Source: Deltaproteobacteria bacterium (lineage in GTDB: Bacteria; Bdellovibrionota_B; Oligoflexia; Oligoflexales; CAIYRB01). Taken from it: a DNA stretch of 64,000 bases. The stretch covers positions 212,466-276,465 of the forward strand of contig VGTI01000001.1 of the NCBI GenBank assembly GCA_016874735.1, read 5' to 3'. Of the stretch, positions 57,269-64,000 are shown piece after piece. Position 1 is the stretch's first letter; every line of letters starts with the position of its first letter. A model generated the notes under the pieces. That model was given only the letters and a program-made list of their open reading frames with translations. It had not been told where the DNA came from and did no database searches. The translations under genes were made by a program, and so were the position numbers.

Positions 57269-58369
57269 AGTCCGCCCCTGACATGAATACGCCGCCATAC
57301 AGATGTCAGCCTCGTATTTAGTAGCGCCATCCTCTGTAGTTAAACACCATCGCTCTCACTGACATCTGCATGTCTTTGGCATTTTGCAATGTAATCCTTC
57401 ATCTTCGGCTCCTCAGGACGGAGGAGCTAACGAATGGATTTACTGGATCCCAAAAACGATGCGGTTTTTAAATACATGCTGGCGGGTGATGATACTGAAG
57501 ATCTGCGTATTAGTTTACTCACTGCGATCTTAAGACCAGAGTCACCGATCGTAACAGCGACGGTAAAAAACCCGCATCTGCCCAAGAAACACATACGGGA
57601 CAAAGATACCGTGCTCGATATCCTGATGGAGCTCAGCGACGGTAGACTTGTCGACTTAGAGATGCAGATGGCATGGAGGTCATATATCCCGGAGCGAGCC
57701 TATTACTACGGCAGTCGCGTGATCAACGCGCAGCTAAGTCGTGGTCAGCGATACCAAAGCCTGAAACCCGTATCTACCATCTTTCTCCTCAATGCCATTG
57801 GTTTCCCAGAGGCACCGGCTGATCATGGTCACTACGTTTTCAGCATGAAGGAGCAGTCTAACCTGGCTCAGCTGCCACCCCTATTTACCATGCACTTTGT
57901 CGAGATTCCCAAAATCATCCGCAACTTGCCAGCCGTCCTTCACTCGCAGGAAGACTTGGCTTTGGCACTTTGGTGCCAGTTTTTGTATAGTCCTCATCAA
58001 TTAGGACTTGCGGGACTCGACGAGGTGATAGCCACCATGCCAGCACTGAAGAAAGCCAAAAAGAAGCTAGAAGAAATCTCCGCCGACGAGGAGAAGCGTG
58101 AGATAGCCCGCATGCGCGAGCGCGGTCGTCGCGACTACGAGAGTGATCTCGAGTACGCACTGACACGCGGTAGAGCTGAGGGTATAGCAGAAGGTGAAGC
58201 AAGAGGCAGAGCAGAGGGTATAGCAGAGGGTATAGCAGAGGGCGAACGAAACGCAAAGATTACACTGCTTCATGGGCTACTCGGCAATGTTGCTACATCG
58301 GGATTATCAAGTAAGGAGCTTGCGACTCTTTGCGGACTGAGTGTGGACGAGGTTGATAAGCTGCGCGCT
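57269..58369 (+). repeat. Direct repeat copy B (~1.1 kb)
   Basis: Aligns with 51886-52961. Contains an extra 24 bp (GGTATAGCAGAG x2). Confidence 0.85.
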
Positions 58370-58381
58370 ACAGGGCACTAG
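57434..58381 (+). CDS. Rpn-family recombination-promoting nuclease / putative transposase, copy 2
   Basis: The first 167 aa are identical to copy 1. It then differs by A168V and K182Q, an extra GIAEGIAE, and a different C-terminal tail. Confidence 0.85.
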   Translation: MDLLDPKNDAVFKYMLAGDDTEDLRISLLTAILRPESPIVTATVKNPHLPKKHIRDKDTVLDILMELSDGRLVDLEMQMAWRSYIPERAYYYGSRVINAQLSRGQRYQSLKPVSTIFLLNAIGFPEAPADHGHYVFSMKEQSNLAQLPPLFTMHFVEIPKIIRNLPAVLHSQEDLALALWCQFLYSPHQLGLAGLDEVIATMPALKKAKKKLEEISADEEKREIARMRERGRRDYESDLEYALTRGRAEGIAEGEARGRAEGIAEGIAEGERNAKITLLHGLLGNVATSGLSSKELATLCGLSVDEVDKLRATGH

Positions 58382-58588
58382 GCGTAGTTCAGTTTACATA
58401 GATGACTGGTGCACATGGCAAGGTTAATTTAGAGCGTCAAGACTTGCGGAAAGTTCGTGCCGTAACTTTACAATGTACAGTAAAACTACTCACGGACCCA
58501 TCAAGCAAAACCCGCATAATTCCGATCAGCCTGTATGTGCTAGACAATTTTTCTGCCTCCATCACTCCTTATAGGAAGGGTCTAAGCT

Positions 58589-59296
58589 ATGAAAAAGCAT
58601 TGGATTCTTCCGTCCGTAGCGATTGTCAGTGTTGCCGCCCAGCTGGTAGCGTGTGGCATGCGTGATGCTGAAGACCTAAAGAAAATCGTCCAAAGCTACG
58701 GCAACGGCAGTGGCTCCGAGAGTTCGCAAACGACAGCTGTCCAGGGGGCTTCTACAACCGATGGACAAAAGCCCGATCCAGCGTCTCAAACGACCACGGC
58801 ACAGACTAGTCAACCGCCTGCGGCGAAACCTGTAGACCCTACGACTCAATCGGGCTCAGGCACGCAAGTGGCACAACAAACCACGACAGAGCTCATGAAT
58901 AGGCAGCACGTTAGTAAATGCCTTAAGTCCTGGAACGGCAAAGCCCCATTTACTGAGCAATCACAGTTCCGCACCCTCGTGCCTGGTGTGATGGTATTTG
59001 GGATCGGCACGGCCATCGATGACACACAGAAAACGGTGGCGCCCGAACTCATCCTGATCCCGGCCGGAGTTAACGTGCTCGGAACAGCCAAGTACCGCTT
59101 GCTCAATCCCAATGGCTGGTACTGCCTAGCGGCCACCGTCAACGTTTTAGGTAACCTCAGTATCGACGCCGATGCCAAAGCGCAAATCGCCGATAGTTCG
59201 ATCGACGTGATGGTTGCGGGTAAACAAAACGTTAATGCAACCGGTTATGTGACCGTGAGTGTGGGTGGCAGTATCACACTTAAAATCGTCAATTAG
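58589..59296 (+). CDS. Lipoprotein with a Q/T/P-rich linker and a C-terminal beta-rich domain
   Basis: Signal plus lipobox AAQLVAC, then a low-complexity linker SSQTTAVQGASTTDGQKPDPASQTTTAQTSQPPAAKP. Confidence 0.6.
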   Translation: MKKHWILPSVAIVSVAAQLVACGMRDAEDLKKIVQSYGNGSGSESSQTTAVQGASTTDGQKPDPASQTTTAQTSQPPAAKPVDPTTQSGSGTQVAQQTTTELMNRQHVSKCLKSWNGKAPFTEQSQFRTLVPGVMVFGIGTAIDDTQKTVAPELILIPAGVNVLGTAKYRLLNPNGWYCLAATVNVLGNLSIDADAKAQIADSSIDVMVAGKQNVNATGYVTVSVGGSITLKIVN

Positions 59297-59308
59297 GTGA
59301 AGTGAGCC

Positions 59309-60349
59309 CTAGTCGCCCTTAAACGGTATGTAAATACTACCCAAGGCTCCGTCTAGTTCAGGCTTCTCGGATGGCAGTATAAATGCACACCTTAGGCCGC
59401 TCAGTCCACTTGACCAACTTTGTTTGGCGAGTTGGTCGGTGAGCTTGCGGCATCGCTGCTTCATGTCATTAAGAGCGACCTCACCTGGAACTTTGAGGCG
59501 TACCATAATTCCCGCGCCATCGGTCACCAGCATCGAGGCGGCATAGACGACCGATTCACCGTTTAGAGTCTTGGCCATGAAGCTTACAAATTCAGGTTGC
59601 TTCATGATTTGATCACGGGCTGTGTTGACTTGGGTTGTAAGCTCAAGGCTCAGGTTCTTGCCGACTTCTAGGAGCTTAGCAGCTAGGTCGTACTCAATGT
59701 AGGCAGCCTCTTTATGGCCTTTCTCTAGATCCTTATTAGCCTGCTGAATCCACGCCACGGGATCTTTGTCCGCATGCGTCCACTGCTGGGCGTAAAACGA
59801 TCCTAAATACCATTTGTCGCCGACGGGTACGATGGTGGCGAAGGCTCGCCCGATTTCCCTCTGTCCCATGATCTGGAGCCAGATGCCAAATTGCAGGGAG
59901 TAGCCGTAGTGCGGGTATACCGTTGCTTCGTCGCTGTCGCAGAGTTGGCCTTTGGGCGTGCCATCGACGGTATTGATGGCCCATAGACGATAGACTGATA
60001 CGTCCAAGGGACCGCCGAGAGTGGCGTCAATCTTGGTCAGCATTTCCTTAACCGCGAAGAGGCTCGTGTTGAGGCGGGGGTGAAAGAGTGGCTGCATCAC
60101 CATGGCGTCCTTGGTGCGAACGCCTTTGATGAGGTCAGCGATAAAGGCATCAAAGCCGGGGGCTAAGCCGGTTTGACCACGGGTGCTAATCCTAACCTGT
60201 TTACACGCAGGTTTGTTGATTTGATCCTTGAAGAGTTGCCCCCGCAAGGCCTCGTCGCCGGGCATGGCGTCGGCAGCTAGAAGAGTTGGCGCCATGAATG
60301 CTAGATGACACGTGAAGGTGAGGCCCAGCATGGCCGCCAACCGAGCCAT
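59309..60349 (-). CDS. Secreted hypothetical protein
   Basis: I prefer the start at MARLAAMLGLTFTCHLAFMAPTLLAADA (signal peptide). This removes the overlap with the upstream small ORF. Confidence 0.6.
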   Translation of the reverse strand: MARLAAMLGLTFTCHLAFMAPTLLAADAMPGDEALRGQLFKDQINKPACKQVRISTRGQTGLAPGFDAFIADLIKGVRTKDAMVMQPLFHPRLNTSLFAVKEMLTKIDATLGGPLDVSVYRLWAINTVDGTPKGQLCDSDEATVYPHYGYSLQFGIWLQIMGQREIGRAFATIVPVGDKWYLGSFYAQQWTHADKDPVAWIQQANKDLEKGHKEAAYIEYDLAAKLLEVGKNLSLELTTQVNTARDQIMKQPEFVSFMAKTLNGESVVYAASMLVTDGAGIMVRLKVPGEVALNDMKQRCRKLTDQLAKQSWSSGLSGLRCAFILPSEKPELDGALGSIYIPFKGD

Positions 60350-60365
60350 CAAAAAGGCGGCAGCC

Positions 60366-60632
60366 TCACTTCTTAGCGACGCAGCTGCCGCAGCCTTTTT
60401 TGTCAAAGCTCTCCAAGTCCCAAGACCCGAATTCCTCATTGATGACCTCAAGCGCGTCGGTAAGAAAATCGTACTCGCAGGTAAACAGCTCTTTCATCAG
60501 CTTCTTTTCGAGACAATAGGCATTATAGCTGAAGCTGTCTCTTTCGGGGTCGTAGATTTCACTAATCCCGGCTTGGCGGTCGCGAAAGACGAGGACGGAG
60601 TGATCATAATTTTCTTCGGTCAACTTTTGCAT
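60366..60632 (-). CDS. Small acidic hypothetical protein ending in GCGSC
   Basis: GAGGA lies 9 nt upstream of the ATG. 88 aa. Sits between ispA and the secreted protein gene on the same strand. Confidence 0.5.
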   Translation of the reverse strand: MQKLTEENYDHSVLVFRDRQAGISEIYDPERDSFSYNAYCLEKKLMKELFTCEYDFLTDALEVINEEFGSWDLESFDKKGCGSCVAKK

Positions 60633-60669
60633 AACTACTGTCCTCTAACCTGAGTTGAGTCGCTAGTGC

Positions 60670-61539
60670 TTAGGACGATCTACCTAGCAGCCAATGAGCA
60701 AACTGCTGTAGATCGCCGTTTGGCGTTACAATCCCTACTAGCTCGGCCATCGCAGCCGCGGACACCAATGCCGCAGCGTCGCGCGCTGCATTGGGTGGCA
60801 TCATAGCCAAGTAGGTGAGCTTGCCCGACTCCTTGTCTTTACCAGCCGACTTGCCAGTGGTCGCGGCTTCGTCTAGGAGATCATCGGTGATTTGGAAGGC
60901 TAGGCCTAAACCCTCACCAAAACGACGCAGACGTTCCACCGAAGGCATCGGTGCTTCAACGGCTAGAGCGCCAAGGGCGGCAGCACAGCCTAGGAGTCGT
61001 CCCGTCTTGAGTTCGTGGATGCGGTCCAGATCCGCGCGCGATGCGCCCTGACGTGCCGTCCAGTATAGGTCCAAGCTCTGCCCCAGGACCATGCCACGGC
61101 CACCTGCCGCATGGGCCAGTTCCTTCACCATGGCAGCAGTGCTCAGTTGTGGATGGGCTGCGATCAACCCAAAGGCGTCGGTGAGCAATGAGTCACCCGC
61201 CAGTAGCGCTTGTGCCTCGCCGAAGACTTTGTGCGTTGTCGGTTTGCCGCGACGTAAGTCGTCGTTATCCATGCACGGCAAGTCGTCATGCACCAGACTG
61301 TAAGTATGCACGAATTCAACCGCGAGCGCCGCCGGGAGGGCCCGTTCCGGATCGCCACCGAGTGCTTTGGCAGTCATAAGACAGAGTGCGGGACGGACTC
61401 GTTTACCTCCAGCTAGCAGCGCATACTTGATCGCTGCGGTCACTGGGTCAGTACCGGCATAATGACGCTCAATGTGTGATGCCAGAGCGTCGTTAAAGAG
61501 GGATTGCCAATGTTGCAGCTGCGATTCAAAGGCGCTCAT
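60670..61539 (-). CDS. ispA: (2E,6E)-farnesyl diphosphate synthase / polyprenyl synthetase
   Basis: First Asp-rich motif LVHDDLPCMDNDDLRRGKPT and second motif FQITDDLLD. Confidence 0.9.
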   Translation of the reverse strand: MSAFESQLQHWQSLFNDALASHIERHYAGTDPVTAAIKYALLAGGKRVRPALCLMTAKALGGDPERALPAALAVEFVHTYSLVHDDLPCMDNDDLRRGKPTTHKVFGEAQALLAGDSLLTDAFGLIAAHPQLSTAAMVKELAHAAGGRGMVLGQSLDLYWTARQGASRADLDRIHELKTGRLLGCAAALGALAVEAPMPSVERLRRFGEGLGLAFQITDDLLDEAATTGKSAGKDKESGKLTYLAMMPPNAARDAAALVSAAAMAELVGIVTPNGDLQQFAHWLLGRSS

Positions 61540-62173
61540 GGTTGTACCTCTCAATTGCTCCACTCGGTAACGGCAGGGTGCCGTTGATCAGTCGACGCAT
61601 CACTTCAGGATAGAGCTTGCATTCAGCCGCAAACACACGGTCAGCCAAACTGTGCGTATCATCACTAGGCAGCACGGGAACGACGGCTTGAGCAATAATC
61701 GCGCCTTCGTCATAGTGATCGTTAACAAAATGCACCGTAGCACCACTCACGTCGCGTCCAGCGGCTAGGACTGCTGCGTGAACACGGTCACCATACATGC
61801 CCTTACCACCAAACTCAGGTAGCAGCGCTGGGTGAATGTTGATCAAGCGGTGCTGCCAAGGTTTGAGTACGGGAAAGCGCTTTATAAAGCCTGCCAGCAC
61901 GATCCAATCGATATTCTGTGATAGCAGCCACTCTTCCAGTGCATGCGCCGTCACATCGGCATCTTTGACAAAGTCACCGACAAATACAGGTATGCCATGC
62001 TCTCGCGCGATACTGACGCCGCGACAGTTGGGTGTGGACGCAATCACAGCTGCGACCTGAAATTCCGAAACACTCTGGGACCTGGCGATAAAGTTGGCGA
62101 GACTCCTGCCACCACCTGACACGGCAATGGCCAGCTTTGCTGGTAGCATGCTGTCTTTGCTCTGATGAGTCAT
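61526..62173 (-). CDS. purN: Phosphoribosylglycinamide formyltransferase
   Basis: IAVSGGGRSLANFI, IVLAGF and INIHPALLPEFGGKGMYG..VH. ATGA overlap with fmt. Confidence 0.9.
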   Translation of the reverse strand: MTHQSKDSMLPAKLAIAVSGGGRSLANFIARSQSVSEFQVAAVIASTPNCRGVSIAREHGIPVFVGDFVKDADVTAHALEEWLLSQNIDWIVLAGFIKRFPVLKPWQHRLINIHPALLPEFGGKGMYGDRVHAAVLAAGRDVSGATVHFVNDHYDEGAIIAQAVVPVLPSDDTHSLADRVFAAECKLYPEVMRRLINGTLPLPSGAIERYNHERL

Positions 62174-63129
62174 GGAGCTACCTTAGTGAACTGTACGCGT
62201 TCACGGTCTTTCAGTCCGTTCCAGAAGGCTTCAGCCGTGATCACCTTGCCGCCGGCTGGTTTGAGTCGATGTATGAGTAGCTGTCCCTCACCGGTAGCGA
62301 CGCGTAGGACGCGATCCTTCTTGTCGTAACTGACCGCTCCGGGGGCGGCAGAGGATAGAGCTGATGGAGCGGCCTTGATCTCGACAAGCCCCAGCCTTCT
62401 ATCAGCCAGATGGGTGAAGCTACCAGGCCAAGGCTCAAAGGCACGAAAGCGCCGATAAATGATAACGGCGGGTTGAGTCCAATCGACCTCCCCGTCGTTT
62501 TTATCAATCTTGCGACAGTGCGTGACGGCAGTCTCGTCTTGGGGTGTTCCCGTGAAGCTGGGGTCACGCAGCTTATCGATAGCCCGGAGCACCAAGGGGC
62601 CACTGGCCTCAAAATAGCGGGTGGTGAGCGCGCCGGAAGTCTCATCGGGCCCGATGGGCAAGGACTCCTGGACGATGATGGCCCCGGCATCCAGCCTCTG
62701 TACGGTGAAGAGCACGCTGACGCCACTGACCTCATCGCCTGCCAGTAGGGAGGCGGGGACCGGTATGGCTCCGCGGTACTTGGGGAGTAGCGAGGGGTGG
62801 ATGTTGATGGTGCCCCGACGGGGCGTGCTGAGAAAAGCACTGGGCAAAATCTGCCCATACGCTGCCGTGATCGCAAGATCCGGCTTAAGCGCGGCAAAAG
62901 CGGCTAAGAAATCAGGATCGCTGGCTTTTTCCGGTTGCAGCGTGGTGATACCCAAGGTCTTGGCATAAGCCGCCACCGGAGGATCCGCCATCTTACCTCC
63001 GCGTCCCACGGGCCGAGCCGGTTGACTGACGACCGCAACGACCTCGTCACCGCGGCTTTTAGCGGTGTCGAGGAGAGTTTTGAGCGGAGCGATAACTGGT
63101 TCCGGAGAACCGAGGAAGATCAGGCGCAT
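62170..63129 (-). CDS. fmt: Methionyl-tRNA formyltransferase
   Basis: MRLIFLGSPE, AAYGQILP and INIHPSLLPKYRGAIPV, plus a C-terminal tRNA-binding domain. Confidence 0.93.
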   Translation of the reverse strand: MRLIFLGSPEPVIAPLKTLLDTAKSRGDEVVAVVSQPARPVGRGGKMADPPVAAYAKTLGITTLQPEKASDPDFLAAFAALKPDLAITAAYGQILPSAFLSTPRRGTINIHPSLLPKYRGAIPVPASLLAGDEVSGVSVLFTVQRLDAGAIIVQESLPIGPDETSGALTTRYFEASGPLVLRAIDKLRDPSFTGTPQDETAVTHCRKIDKNDGEVDWTQPAVIIYRRFRAFEPWPGSFTHLADRRLGLVEIKAAPSALSSAAPGAVSYDKKDRVLRVATGEGQLLIHRLKPAGGKVITAEAFWNGLKDRERVQFTKVAP

Positions 63130-63304
63130 AAAGCCTCATAAACAGTCACAATGCTACCGTCCGACTTATAGTCAACTTGAGCGCGCAAGTCCATCGATAG
63201 GCCTCGTTTGCGCCGCATACCTCGTCAATTGCGCGATATCTTGCTAAAATGAGAATGGTAATCCTGCCCCATCCTGCCACTCCGCCCACCAGAGAGTTTC
63301 GTCG

Positions 63305-64000
63305 TGCCTAGTTCGACCTTGGCACAATTAAGACAGCTGCAGCAGTCGCTTTATGACAAGGCCTTCAAAGAGGCACGTGCCATAGTCGGTGACAGCTCGC
63401 GACGAATTTTGTCCTACTCGGCGCGATTCGAACGCAGTCTGCCCACACGTTTTGTTCTGACCTCCCAAACAGACGTCTTGGATGCCCTAAAGCGTCATGA
63501 GTTTGTGCTTTACGGTGATTTTCACACTCTGCGTCAGTCGCAGCGCGGACTACTCAGACTGGTGCGCTCCTACGTCGATCGGCAGCGCACGGACAAGGTG
63601 GTCATCGCGCTGGAAATGTTCAAGCACGTAGATCAGGACTTTATTGATGGTTACCTCGCAGGAGGGCTCACCGAGGAGGCCTTTCTTGACGGCATCAATT
63701 ATGCCGTGGAGTGGGGTTTTCCCTGGCAGAATTTCAAGATGATCCTCGATTTCGCCAAGGCAAGGAAACTACCAGTCATTGGCATTAACTCTGATAATGC
63801 TGGACGCGACCTGCTCTCAGTGCGCGATCGATTCGCCGCTAAATGCCTCATCGACGCAGCGGAAAAATATCCAGGGCACAAGATCGTTTGTTTGATAGGT
63901 GAATACCACCTCGCTGATGATCACCTGCCCAAAGCCCTTGCAGCCGAACATCGAAGGCGTGGCCGCAAGGGTAAGGTCATGCGCATATTGAATAATATCG
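63305..64000 (+). CDS. ChaN/DUF399-like (haem-binding-uptake/Tiki superfamily) protein; the 3' end lies outside the window
   Basis: Not in the supplied ORF track because there is no stop inside the window. From the GTG at 63305 the frame stays open to base 64000. FVLYGDFHTLRQSQ...VVIALEMF...FIDGYLAG...GEYHL resembles the ChaN family. Confidence 0.55.

Noticed and set aside
62241-62897. A 218-aa same-strand alternative-frame ORF inside fmt.
   Set aside because: fmt is unambiguous across this span. The alternative-frame product is Arg/Pro/Ser-rich, which is typical of an off-frame translation of GC-rich coding sequence.

Overview
The window reads as a bacterial chromosome, about 50-55% GC by eye. 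The many lipobox lipoproteins, TPR proteins and one giant fibre protein suggest a Bdellovibrionota/Oligoflexia-like organism, but that is inference only. Most of it is housekeeping. This includes carAB, a tRNA(CAU), a di-haem peroxidase, gltBD with a LysR gene, and an OmpR/HK pair. It also includes prmA-rsmE, a thiC-thiO-thiS-thiG-thiDE operon, lexA, and fmt-purN-ispA. Four accessory patches stand out. (1) A 1391-aa signal-peptide fibre/adhesin gene (28463-32638, minus) contains 798-bp tandem repeats and an orphan C-terminal tip, and converges on a VWA lipoprotein gene that follows a two-component system. (2) Next to it is a three-gene HipB-HipS-HipT toxin-antitoxin cassette with two perfect 20-bp palindromic operators. 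(3) A more AT-rich island is bounded by two direct copies of a ~1.1-kb unit. Each unit encodes an Rpn/PD-(D/E)XK recombination-promoting nuclease. The two copies differ at many synonymous sites but encode almost identical proteins. The island carries an orphan Cys-rich lipoprotein, a decayed SDR pseudogene and a DUF4143-type ATPase. (4) A TetR gene with a palindromic operator is divergent from a fatty-acid-hydroxylase plus carnitine/choline-acyltransferase-family pair. I saw no CRISPR array, rRNA, integrase or classical transposase. All calls come from reading the ORF translations and DNA by eye; no searches were run.
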